The notes beneath the pieces are model-generated. The model saw only the letters and a program-made list of their open reading frames with translations. It did no database searches and was not told the origin of the DNA. The translations under genes were made by a program, and so were the position numbers. From contig OZ024744.1 in assembly GCA_964016885.1 (NCBI GenBank), forward strand, positions 43,152,001 through 43,216,000: a stretch of 64,000 nt of DNA, in the 5' to 3' direction. Shown one piece after another: positions 39,878 through 51,335 of this stretch (position 1 is its first letter; each line of letters opens with the position of its first letter). The stretch comes from Eledone cirrhosa. Taxonomy: Eukaryota.

Positions 39878-39882
<5 letters not shown>
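39717..39882. mobile_element. About 165-bp PLE-like mini insert in (TA)n with hammerhead-derived fold-back
   Basis: Between (TA)n tracts. AAAGTAAGACCCCGACGGCT (39799) pairs with AGCCGTCGGGGTCTTACTTT (39882). Internal 14-bp hairpin; GAAAC-GGCT..AGCC-GTC. Confidence 0.6.
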
Positions 39883-39931
<49 letters not shown>

Positions 39932-41265
39932 GAAAAAAACAAACAAAACACAGGAGAGGAACTCCAAGAGGGAGTAAGGAGGGAAGTAAACAAGTAAAGC
40001 ACACGAAAAGAAGGGGCAAAATAAAAATAGATATAAAAAGCAGATTTTAAATAAAAGTGAAAATAAAGTGGTGGGAGGAGTGTATAGGTCTAGGATGGGT
40101 GTGGTAGTGTGTATAGGGGTGGGTGGAGGCGAAGAGAAAGAGAAGGAGGAAGCAAGAAAATCAGAGTCCGGGCAGGGATGACGTATGGTAAAATGTGTGT
40201 GTGTAGAAAGCGTAGTGGTCATGCGAGGAGAGATAGTCGGTGTGTGTGGCAAGGCTCTGTCAATCACTCTTTTGATGGGTACATACGCGTATGTGAGCGT
40301 ATATACTGGTATTTGTGTGTGTGTGTGTGTGTTTCAGGGTGTAGGTGCGTGTTTTTGTGGTATAAGGAGGGAAAGGACTAAACCAAGGGTGGGGTAGGGC
40401 CGTGGGTGGAGGTGTCTGGTGGTGAGTCAGTGGATTAGAGGGTGGCGGGGTGAGATAAGGCGGTTACTGGTAGGTAGGTGTGCGTGGGGTGGCGTTATTA
40501 GTAGGTTAGTGATGGAGGGGATGGGTGTTAGTTGGGTGGCAAGGTGTGTGTGGTTATAGTAGGGGTAGGTGAAGGGAGAGAAGGTTGAGTGGGTGGTTGG
40601 GGATATAGGGGAAGAGGTTAGTGTTAGTGGAGGGGAAGGGGAAGGTATGGGTAGAGAGGTTGGTGGTGTGAGGAGATTGATGTGGGTCTGGTGTTAGTTG
40701 TGTTAGTTGGGTGGCGAGGTGTGGGTGGGTGTGAGTAGAGGTTAGTGGTGATAGTAGGGGTAGGTGAAGGGAGAGAAGAAGGTTGAGTGGGTGGTTGGGG
40801 AGTGGGGGATGAGGTTAGTGTTAGGGGGGTATGGGTGGAGGGTTTAGGTGGGGGTAGGGTGTTAGTTGGGTGGCATGGTACGGGTGGGGGTGTATAGTTT
40901 AGATGGGGGGGGGTAGGTAGGGATGGGGGGTTTAGGTGGGGTAGGGTGTTAGTTGGGTGGCAAGGTACGGGTGGGGTGGTGATAGGTGGGAGAGGAGGGG
41001 TTATGTGTGTGTGGGGGGGGTACGGAGAGGGAGGGGGGATTACGGAGAGGTAGGCGGGGGAAGAGGGTCTCAGAGGTAGGTGGTGGTGGTTGGGGGAAAG
41101 AGTGAGTTGAATTTGTGGGGCTTGGTGGAGGTGAAGAAAGAGAAGAGATCATGGTTGAGGTTATGGATGAAAAGAAGGACGGAGCGGGTGAGGAGAGGGT
41201 GACAGGTGGAGTTGAGGTGAAGAAGGGTTTGGGGTAGGTTGCAGTTGAGGTTGCGGATAGTAGAG

Positions 41266-41440
41266 AGGGAGGAGCGGAGTGAGACGTGCATGAGGAGATG
41301 GGAGGAGCGGAGTGAGACACGCATGAGGAGACGGGAGGAGCGGAGTGAGACACGCATGAGGAGATGGGAGGAGCGGAGTGAGACGTGCATGAGGAGACGG
41401 GAGGAGCGGAGTGAGACGTGCATGAGGAGACGGGAGGAGC
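41266..41440. repeat. 33-bp minisatellite, about 5 copies (GGGAGGAGCGGAGTGAGACRYGCATGAGGAGAY)
   Basis: Direct inspection. It generates the SHSAPPVSSC repeat ORFs. Confidence 0.92.
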
Positions 41441-42317
41441 TGGTGAGGATGTGTTGGATTGAGGCTAACAAGAGGGGGGAGGCATGGAAATAGAGTCGGA
41501 ATCTGTGGGGGATGAGCTGGAGTTGGAGATGGAGGTAATGGCTGTGGCTGGAATGCTGGGTCTTAGCAAAGAGGAGGTAGGAGAGTTGGAGTGTGGGTTG
41601 AAGGTAGCAGGCGGGTTGGAGAAAGTGTATGAGGCGGGTGTGGAGTTGGTGGAGGAAGGATTACAGGTTAGGTATGGTAGGGATGGGGAGTGGGAAAGGG
41701 GTGTCCTAAGGAGAGACGGTAGTCAAAAAAACAAAACGAAAAACAAATAAAAAAAAAACAGATGGAAAGCAATGGGCGGAGGGGTCGTGAAGAGTGGATA
41801 GAAAGAGAGAGCGAGAGTGAGAGAGAGTGAGAGGGAGAGAGATAGAAAGAGAGCGAGAGGGAGGGAGATTGAAAGAGAGAGAACCGAACTATCGAAAAAT
41901 GGAAGATAAAATTCATTAATACTTCCTCAGATTTTTCCATATATTTCTACATTTATCTATTTATTTAAAAAATTAACTGTGTTAGATATCAAATCAGTTA
42001 ATATTTGAAATAATTTACAGTGGTACATTCTCCGTACGTTTGAAATGACTGACAAATGTTTTTTTCTCCTAAAATATCCCATATTTACTTTATGTTCACT
42101 AATAGTAGACAGAGGTTTTTATACAATTTCTTATCGTATTCATTTTGTTCAATGTCTTATCGTTTTACATATCTGAAAACAAACATAAAAATCACAGTAA
42201 ACTTACAGGTATATATAAGACATCGATAATGTGATAAGTGGACAACTATAATTGTTTAGTATGTTATTTAACAACTGGCCCCGCCCCATCAAAGATGATG
42301 ATTAATTGTAATATCTA

Positions 42318-42600
42318 TCATCGTCATCATCATCATCTTTGTTTAACGTCCATCTTCCACGCTAGCATGGGCTAGACGGGAGTTGTACCACTTGAGGTAA
42401 GGTTGGTCGGGTGACCGTGTCTCACTCATATAGGACTATCTGGTAGGTTTTGTACGGCTGGATGCCCTTCCTAACACCAACCACATTTACAGTGTGGAAC
42501 TGGGAACATTTTACCGTATTACCTACATCGCCACATTACAGCATGGACTGTGTGTTTTTTGTTTTTTGTTTTTTTTTGTCGTGACACCTACACGATCTCA
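42318..42600 (-). mobile_element. RTE LINE 3' UTR/tail fragment
   Basis: (CAT)n tail, TTTAACGTCC..GCTAGCATGGG..GACGG and GGATGCCCTTCCTAACACCAACC, shared with the RTE copies at 49.3 and 53.9 kb. Confidence 0.75.
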
Positions 42601-43436
42601 ATCTCGGTATCTCATCTATATATAATATAAAAAAGAGGTTAGCTTAGCTCCGTAAATATACATTTGCTACTAAATTTTCTATAACAATGACAACAGTCCT
42701 AATAAAGAAAATTCATTCTTACATACACACGCACAGAGAGTGGACACACAGAACCTCACACTCACACTTGCACAAACAGGGCTCACACAGAACCTAACAC
42801 ACTGAAAAAGGCATCAATAGACAAACACCCCCCAAACAGTTACTTAAAAAATGATATACAACCCAATATATATATATATATGTATACATCAACATACACA
42901 TAATATCAACATCACTTCACTTATATATGTACACAATATTTTATTCATTAGTTCCACCATACACATTACATAGACTTCCATGTATACAAATTCATAGAAA
43001 GGAGTAAAGTGTGGTTAGTCATATGTGGGATGTCTAGAATTATGAGAGAAATATTCTACAGTTTCCGACTGGTCCTGAACATAAGAACTTGCGAATATTG
43101 ACGAGAAGGCAAAGACTGTTCAAAATGAATTATTGACTTGATTTTCTCATTTTTTTCTCTCTTTACGTTGCCTCACCATTCGTGTTTGTTTACCTGTCTC
43201 TCTTTCTCCACCCAACTCTTTTTATCACAATAACTTAATTTAGTTATTGTATCGCCCTAGCTTGAGGTATATGGTCTGTAATGCGAAGAAATACCTATGA
43301 TGGCTAGTAGACCACTGATGACGGATATTCCTGGCTTCTATTTCTAATTCTTCATTTATTATATACACACATATATATATATATATAGTGAAAGGATAAA
43401 TTACTGAATAACTTATTAGATGATGTTATAACTTAC

Positions 43437-43481
43437 CCTTTTTGGTTGATTTTGGCTTGATTGGAGCACTATAAGGAGACA
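43437..43481 (-). CDS. Micro-exon repeat copy A (canonical acceptor deleted; possible in-frame 45-nt exon VSPYSAPIKPKSTKK)
   Basis: Donor GG|GTAAGT intact. CACCTAG is deleted, but ATATTACAG|TG offers a frame-preserving cryptic acceptor. Confidence 0.3.
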
Positions 43482-43937
43482 CTGTAATATGGTAATATAT
43501 AAACAAAATCATAATAAACCTACATGTATATATACAAATAGTATTACAAATACAGGAAACAGTTATTAGATTCATTATCTCTCATATATACATATATACA
43601 CCAGGTCCAAAAACAAATAGACCAAACTGCTGCTGTCCCTGCCATTTATATATATATATATATACGTATATATATATGTATATATATGTATATGTATACA
43701 TATATATACATATACATATATATGTATATATATGTATATGTATACATATATATATGTATACATACATATATATATATATATAAGTAAGATGTATGGTAGG
43801 TCGTATGTGAATCGCGATGATCACGCCTGACCTACCAAATATGTGACGGTAGCTAGTTAAGCTCTATGCATATACGCAGAGCAGAAATATTAGTGAAAAA
43901 GAACAAAGGAACTATTATGACATTATAACAAGTTTAT

Positions 43938-43983
43938 TGCCGACAGGCGTTTCGTCTGACCCCATGGTGGGACTTATCAAGGC
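43938..43983 (-). ncRNA. Minimal type I hammerhead ribozyme candidate (core mutated)
   Basis: The minus strand reads GCC-TTGATAA-GTC...GAC-GAAAC-GCCT-GTC|GGC-AATAAA. Stems I, II and III and the GUC triplet are present; CUGAUGA is changed to UUGAUAA. Confidence 0.6.
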
Positions 43984-46695
43984 ATATAACATGTGATTGC
44001 AAGATCATTGTTTACATCAACGTATCACTCAAGGCTAGCAGCTTGAAATTGTGGTATACATCAGCAACTCCGCTTGTGTAGTTGGGGTCTATATTCTAAC
44101 GGGGCTCTTTTATAATAGTTGTCGGGGTCAGGGATTGAAGTTTAAAAATTAGACAATAATATATCATTTACGCATCAACATTAAACTAAAAGACTTGGGG
44201 TCCCGTAGAAGCACCTTAGAAAATCCCTCAATGAGTGCATAAAGCTTACAGGCTCCAATAAACCTACTAGACTAGAAGAAAATTAAGAGGCTAATAAAAT
44301 AAAAAAATAAAAATATAAAGTTTCCCTAAAAAATATATAAAGTTCCTATGAAATTCCTTCTAGAGAAAAAAAATTTTTTTCCGAAAGAAAAAAACCTTCT
44401 TCCCCCGAGATCACGTTTACAAAATTCAGAAAACTGAATTGAAAACTAAGTTGAAAGAAACTAATCAATTAGAGGTTAATTCAGAGAGCCTTCTATAAAT
44501 CTCTCAGAAAAGGCCCCTTTAATATTTCCAATAGGAACTTCTTCCGAGAGACCCTTCGAAGAATTATAATTTTAGAGAGCCTCTAAGGATATATATAAAA
44601 ACGAATTGAGGAAAATTATACATTAAAAGTTAAAAATTAAAAAATTAAAAAATTAAAAATTACGGTATTTGGGATATCCGAGGAATTTTCAAAGGGCTGC
44701 TTCAACAGATACAACTTAGGCATAATAGATACAATAATCTAAGTAATTTAAGTAATTCAATTAGGGAGCAATTCAAGGAGTTTATCAAGTTGGGCAAGAT
44801 TAACGAAAGTGGTAAATAAGAAAATACATAAGCAAAAAGACAATAATTATAAAATGTATTTTTAAGAAGGTATAAGGTAGCATCATTGATCTAACAGTGT
44901 ATTATCACAAAAAATTATTCTAAAATTATTGATACAGGATTAAAAATTATTATAAAATTATTACAAAATTACCACAAAATCATTTCGAAATTATCAAATC
45001 ATCATAAAATTACCACAACATTATTACAAAATTATCAAATTATCATAAAATTATCGCAAAATTATTACAAAATTATCACAAAACTATTACAAAATTATCA
45101 CAAAATTATTGATACAGGATCAACAAAGACAACAATATACATTCCTGCCCAATCAACAAGTAATCAGAACACTATTAACGGTCAGGCAAAATTAGCTCAG
45201 GGATATCCCGCGCTCGGATACTTTACACACACACAGCAACACATAGGATTAGCACAGACACAATGGTATATTCCTGCCTAAATAACAAACAATCGATTAA
45301 CAATTGATGGTCAAGAAAATGTAATCAGGGATATCCCGCGCACGGATATTTACATACATACAGCAGGATGAACAGTACTGGTGACTGTGTGGGCGCGATA
45401 TCCATTATGCGTATGTAGTCATCTGCATAGCTCCAGGCACGATATCCATTATGCGTATGTCATCATCTGCATAGCTCCAGGCACAGCTGGTCTTGTTTAA
45501 AAGTTCATGGATCACCTGGGATTCACTATTATCTGCTTGGACTCTCTGGGAGATGTACCTGTGGATCTAATAGCCAGTGGTTGCCGGAAGTGGTCCGTTC
45601 GATCTTTTAGTTTCAGGGGTTGAACGCTTTCACGATAGACCAGCCTGCCGGTTCCAAGTCCAAGGTCTCGCTACGTAGGATGTATTGGTCTACATGCTAT
45701 GTTGTTAAAAAACCAGTGTGGATTTGACTGGGGTGGTATGTTACGAACTCCAAGTCCACACGCGACTGGTCAAAAGCGAAGGGCTGTCCCCTCTTTGTTT
45801 GCTGTATGGGTCGGTCCCAGCTTAGATGGTGGTCGTGTCATCCATATTCCGTCAGCCCTGTATATTCAAGACAGATCAGGGTATATATTTGCGGGTATGG
45901 TCCGGCGTCTACGTTATCCAGAGGGTCTCGCTTGTGGTATTTTCAAGTTCGCCTGTCATCTCCCGGTTAAGACTGCGCATGCTTCGGTGAATCTCAAGCA
46001 TGGAATCTTAGGGTATCGTATTACACGGGGTGACCAGCAGAAAATATACATTCTATGCTATCGCGCACGCGCTGGCCTGTGGCTACAACCGTGTCCAGTC
46101 TCGGGTAGTAGCAGACAGCAGGTAGACCAGCTATACACACCCCTGCTCAAGGGGCACAACCCCTAACTTATCGAGTGGTCAGACTTCAAGGGAGTCAACT
46201 CTCCAAGCCCATTATGTCGACCGTGGTGAAATACAAAAAAATTCCTATTAGTAAAGAACTAATCACTGATAATAAAGAACCAGCTCAAAAGAATGGGGGG
46301 GGGGGGCATCTATTTGGGCGGGGGTTTACTAAGGGAGGGGGTGGAGGTGAGTGGCTATAGGCAGGGAGCGGCCGCCATATTGGGTGTTTTGTTACTGTTT
46401 CCCTAGGCAGTTCTTGAGTTTGTTGACATACATCTCCGATGGCACCCTCTCAGATTAGTCAACGTGGTTCCAGGCCCTCACAATGTCCTGCATCGCAGGC
46501 ATCAGCTGCCCCCAGGGTGCCCAGCAACAGTGTTGCCACCAATCCCAGGTTGGCAAGTGGGACACAGGGTCGTCTGTTCCTCACCAGAGTCCCCATCGCC
46601 AATCGGGGAGCCGAGGCATCCATGCGGCCGGGGTTACCAAAGAGCACCCTGTATGCCAGCGGGGCCGCCACGTGCAGGACTGGGTGGTGTCAGGG

Positions 46696-47590
46696 CTATG
46701 TGTCTGGTCTGAAGAAAAAGAAAGAGCTAAGTATGGTATGGGGGCAGGACGAGAAGATTTCTGATCTCCTGTTGAGCAAGTTGAGCCCTGAGAATACTAT
46801 GGCATGAGATTCAGATAGGCACAGGCTACAACACCTGCTCAACGAGCTATATGGAGGAGCCTTAGTAAGGCATCTCCAGCTTAGTGTGTAGGGGGTTTTT
46901 GTTTGTTTTAAGCTATGTATATGTCCCGCTAACGACGTGGTATTTTTAAGCTTCTCATATCGGAAGCTATGCTGGTGAGCGTTGAACCTCGTCTTGAACT
47001 CGTTAGCGGTTGATCCCACATACGTCTTAGTATACGTGCCTGTGGTTATGTTACAAACATATACCACGTTCCTGATAAGGCAGTGTCCAGCTAGTGGGCA
47101 TTTGTCCTTCCTTCTGCAATTACACTCTTTAGTAGGGACATGCCCCTCAATCAGGGGTGCATGTCTCTCCAAGCGGCTGCGGGGCTGCCTAGTGGGACTG
47201 GTTCTATTGCCTAATATCCCCCTGGGTCTTTCACTCAGTGGGTTGGTCCCGTGTTGTCGTGTGTGCTGGCATGGTTCACTATTTCGGATGGCCTTAAGTC
47301 CCTCTTTAATCTTACTCTTATTGGTCTTAGCTAGGTGTGAGGCCAGATTAGGGGTTGTAGAGTACGATAGCTTGACAGTATTCTTATTGATGACACTACC
47401 GTACCTACTACCCGGGGGGAAGTTCTTATCTATTAAAGAGAAAAAAGACTTGGGGAGGTCTGTAGTAACATTAGAGTTGAAGGGCGGGTTAAAGAAGGTA
47501 CTATCACGTCTTCTATTCCTTCCACTGCATTTCCTATCCCCTATGCTGCTTACCCTCTCTTCGTCTATATTATTACTGGTTCCACCAGGT
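46696..47590 (-). CDS. Naiad-type PLE linker + GIY-YIG endonuclease (uninterrupted frame, 5'-truncated)
   Basis: RNRRRDSTFFNPPF..VKLSYSTTPN, CNCRRKDKCPLAGHCL..VVYVC..TYVGST..FKTRFNAHQHSF, CSLCLSE, LLNRRSEIFSSCPH. Paralog of 34250-35066. Confidence 0.88.
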
Positions 47591-47647
47591 GTGGTTGTCG
47601 GCAATAAACTTGTTATAATGTCATAATAGTTCCTTTGTTCTTTTTCA

Positions 47648-47688
<41 letters not shown>

Positions 47689-47737
47689 ATAATAATAAAT
47701 TTGAAGACTAAAATCCAAAGAGGGCTCGATGTATATA

Positions 47738-49457
47738 TGTCAACTGCTACAAAGGTAAAGGTGATGCACTAGATAGAGGAAACTATAGAGGTATAAAGCT
47801 TATGGACCAGGTCATGAAAATAACGGAAAGAGTTATAGCACAGTTGATTAGGGACCGGGTGAAACTAGATGAGATGCAATTTGGGTGTATACCAGGAAAA
47901 GGCACCACTGATGCCCTCTTCCTTGTGAGGCAGTTAGAGGAAAAGTACCTAGCTAAAAGTAAGCTGCTTTAAGTGGCATTTGTCGATCTGGAAAAAGCTT
48001 TTGACAGAGTCCCCCGTGCTATAATCTGGTGGGCTCTTAGAAAACTAGAAGTAGATGAATGGCTTGTGAAAGCTGTACAAGCCATGTATAGAGGAGCAGT
48101 CAACAAAGTTAGAGTTAGCAATGACTATAGCGAGGAATTTAACATACAGGAGGAGTTTAAGACCAGATGCCCATGGGAACTCCTGTATGTGGATGATCTC
48201 GCATTTATAGCTGAATCCATGGTGGAACTAAAGAAGAAATTCCAAACATGGATGCAGGGACTAGAAAGAAGGGGCCTCAGAGTCAACCGGACAAAGACTA
48301 AGGTTCTTGTAAGTAGACGAGAAAACACAACTCAGATACCCTCAGGGAAATGGCCTTGCTCAGTATGTAGGAAAGGTGTAGGTAGGAACTCCATCCTCTG
48401 CCCCAAATGCCAACAATGGGTACACAAGTGATGTAGTGGGATCTCAGGAAGTTTAACTAAGAATGTAGCAGCTGTGCTGGGACAGCAAGCAGTAAACGAC
48501 CACAGGAAACAAGCACCACCAAACTCTGGGAGGGCTCTGTAGAAACAGTAGACAGCTTCTGCTACCTAGGTGACCAAATTAGCAGCAGAGGTGGGTGTTC
48601 AGAAAGTACAATAACTAGGGTAAGAACGGGATGGAAGAAGTTCAGGGAGCTACTGCCACTGCTAGCTGCAAAAGGCATTTCGCTCAAAATCAAAGACAGA
48701 CTGTATGATGCGTGTATACGAACAGTAATGTTACATGGAAGTGAAACCTGGGCGCTGTCTGTAGAAGACTTACGTAGATTAGAAAGAAACGAAGCCTGTA
48801 TGCTATGATGGATGTGTAATAGTAATATACGCGAACGGAAAAGCATAAACGAATTGAGAGAGAGACTGAGCATAAGAGGAATCAAATGCTATGTGCAGGA
48901 GAGGAGGTTACGTTGGTATGGACATGTGATGCGTATGAAGGATGACAGCTGCATAAAAAGGTGCAGAGCACTAGAAGTTGATGGAAACTGCGGAGTGGCG
49001 AAACCCAAGAAGACCTGGGATGAGGTGATAAAAGTCGACCTTACCCAATTAAACCTCTCAAAGGCGATGACACAAGACCGTGACCTCTGGCGTCACGCAG
49101 TAGTACAGAAGACCCGACCCCCCACGGGTACAAGCCAAAGCTGAAGCATATAGACAATATTCCCCCATCCCCTGCCTCCCCTCCCCCACTTCAAAGTGGT
49201 CATGGAGGTGCCACAGCAAAAAACCACCCAGCCCACACTGTCACGTGCACATGTAGGCACCATGGAAAAAAGCACCCAGCACTCTCTGTAAATGAGGTTG
49301 ATGTTAGGAAGGGCATCCAACTGTAGAAATCAAGCCAAAATCAGTTCCTGTATGAGCAAGACAAAGTCAGCCGACTGGACACTGCCCACAATAGGACACC
49401 CCGTCTAACCCATGCTAGTGTGGAAGAACGGATGTAAAACGGTGATGATGATGATGA
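47738..49457 (+). mobile_element. RTE-clade LINE, 5'-truncated, internally deleted RT with embedded Cys/His finger
   Basis: YKGKGD..RGNYRGIKL, QFG..GKGTTDA, AFVDLEKAFDRVPR, LLYVDDL, WPCSVC..C..C..WVH, F.YLG, ETW, RRLRWYGHV.R, 3' (GAT)n tail. Confidence 0.92.
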
Positions 49458-50077
49458 TATTGTGGTTTATTTAATCAACTAGATCCATTTATACGGTTTG
49501 TTCTGTCAATGACATGCTTACTTATCCCACAAATCTAAAACTTCCAAAAGAAGTAAAGTTTGGCTAGTCATATGTGGGATGTCTTGAATTATGAGAGAAA
49601 CATTCTACAGTTTCCCACTGATCCTGAAGAACAGATATATATAGTGGTTTAACCAAATATTTAGAGTACTGGCTCATGTAGCGGATAAGAGGATGCAGTG
49701 TATGAACAATGAAGGGAGACAAGAAATTGTGAAGAACTGTAGGATGATGTTTTGTTAAAGAAGAGAATACTGATCTGTGATGTAATTCCATCTACCTCAA
49801 TGAATCTAGTGCAACATTTATCTTCTCATTTGAACCACATATAATGTCATTCTTTCTCAGCTATCTCTGATAATGCCCTAAAATGTCTATCTTTACTTTC
49901 GTCCTCATTATAAGGTCTTTGAGCAAGTCAATAAAATGTTTATTCAGGATTATGTTAGGTGAGTTTGTAATATAGAGTTTGATATTCTTGACTGAATTAA
50001 GTAGTTGTAAATTTACTGTTGAAAACCTAAATAAGTTACTGAATAACTTATTGCATGATGTTTAAATTAAAACTTAC

Positions 50078-50137
50078 TCTTTTCAGCTGATTTACGCTTG
50101 ATTGGTGCAGTGCGAGGCGACACTGTAATATAGTCAC
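50078..50137 (-). CDS. Micro-exon repeat copy B (acceptor AG>AT; possible cryptic 45-nt exon 50078-50122, VSPRTAPIKRKSAEK)
   Basis: Donor GTAAGT intact, 60-nt body without indels, canonical acceptor mutated. Confidence 0.3.
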
Positions 50138-50298
50138 ATAGAATATATAAACAAAAACATAGTAAACCTACATGTATATATACAAATAACATTACAAATA
50201 CAGGAAACAGTTATTGGATTCATTATCTCTGATATATACATATATATACCAGGTCCAAACACAAATGGACCAAACTGCCGCTGTCCCTGCCATTTATA

Positions 50299-51335
50299 TC
50301 ATCATCATCATCATCATCATCATCTTACGTCCACTTTTCCCTGCTTACAAGGGTGGGACGTCTCCTATTCAGCACAGCATCTCTCCACTTGTCATGGTCC
50401 TTCGTCATCTCCACCATGAGCTTGAGCACTCTGAGGTCTGCTCTCACCACCTCCACCCATGTTTTTCGTGTTCAGCCTCTACTACGTCTTCCTTCAACTG
50501 GCATTTCCTGGCACTTCTTCACCCATCGGTCATCCTCCATGCGCATCACATGTCCATACCATCGCAGTCTCCTCTCCCGCACACTACAATCTATCCCTCT
50601 CAGACACAGTTTCTCTCTCAACACATCCATGCTAGGCTGTTCATGCACATTGACTTTGCACATCCAATGGAGCATGTTTGCCTCATTTCACTGCAACCGT
50701 CACATCTCCTTGCGCTCCTCACACAGGCATCATATAACTGGCCGTTCATATGCAGGGAGAAACCCTTCTTCTTCAGCAGAGGAAGGAGCTACCTAAACTT
50801 CTTCCAACCCATCCTTATTCTAGATACTATGACCTCGGAACACCACCCTCCCATGCTAATCTGATCACCTAGGTACCGGAAGCTATCAACCACTTCTATT
50901 GCACCCACCTGCATTGGAAAAATGTGTCTATCAATGCGACTTCTACTGTCAAATTTCCCTATACATCTACTGCATACGTATTTCTCCCTACCTGTTAGTT
51001 TGCCTGCTATCCCACTACATCTCTTGTGTACCCAAGATCTGCATTGTGTGCATTTTATAGAATTTATGCCAGTTCCATTTCTGCATATTGAACATGGCCA
51101 TTTCCCTGACGGAATCAGAGATTTGTCCTCTTTTCTACTCATCAACACTTCTGTCTTAGCTAGGTTCACTCTCAGTCCTCTTGATTCCAACTGCTGTTTC
51201 CATAGCAAGAATTTATTATCTAGCTCCTCCACTGATTCTGCTATAAGAACCAGATCGTTAGCATAGAGAAGTTCCCATGGACAGCCAGTCTTAAACTCCT
51301 TTATTATGGCTTGGAGGACTATAATGAACAAGAGC
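50299..51335 (-). mobile_element. RTE LINE 3' fragment (second subfamily)
   Basis: FKTGCPWELLYANDL, WPCSIC..C..C..WVHKRC..C..C, FRYLG, RRLRWYGHV.R; (CAT)n tail at 50299-50324. Confidence 0.9.

Larger units (their letters stand above)
39010..41985. repeat. Pair of diverged inverted repeats (39010-39170 / 41775-41985)
   Basis: ATATGGAAAATCTGAAGAAGTATTAATGAATTTTATCTTCCATTT..CACGACCCCTCC matches the reverse complement at 41775-41945, apart from a length-variable GA tract. Confidence 0.75.
43782..47654 (-). mobile_element. 5'-truncated Naiad-type PLE: GIY-YIG ORF, 2.7-kb 3' region, hammerhead + AATAAA, 59-bp inverted tail
   Basis: Perfect 59-bp inverted repeat 43887-43945 / 47596-47654. (TA)n on both sides. 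Confidence 0.85.

Noticed and set aside
40949-41750. Ser/Pro-rich and Arg/Glu-rich ORFs on both strands
   Set aside because: Explained by the 33-bp minisatellite and compositional skew; no splice or domain evidence.
45398-45484. Minus-strand WSYADD reading in the 44-bp tandem pair, resembling an RT motif
   Set aside because: No other RT motifs nearby, the unit length is not a multiple of 3, and surrounding frames have stops.
46982-47626. 214-aa plus-strand ORF, and similar antisense ORFs over RT/helicase regions
   Set aside because: Antisense shadows of TE coding sequence with no recognisable motifs.
43887-47654. Perfect 59-bp TIRs suggesting a cut-and-paste DNA transposon
   Set aside because: The interior encodes a PLE GIY-YIG, not a DDE transposase, and the IR is the hammerhead/poly(A)-signal tail typical of inverted pLTRs.
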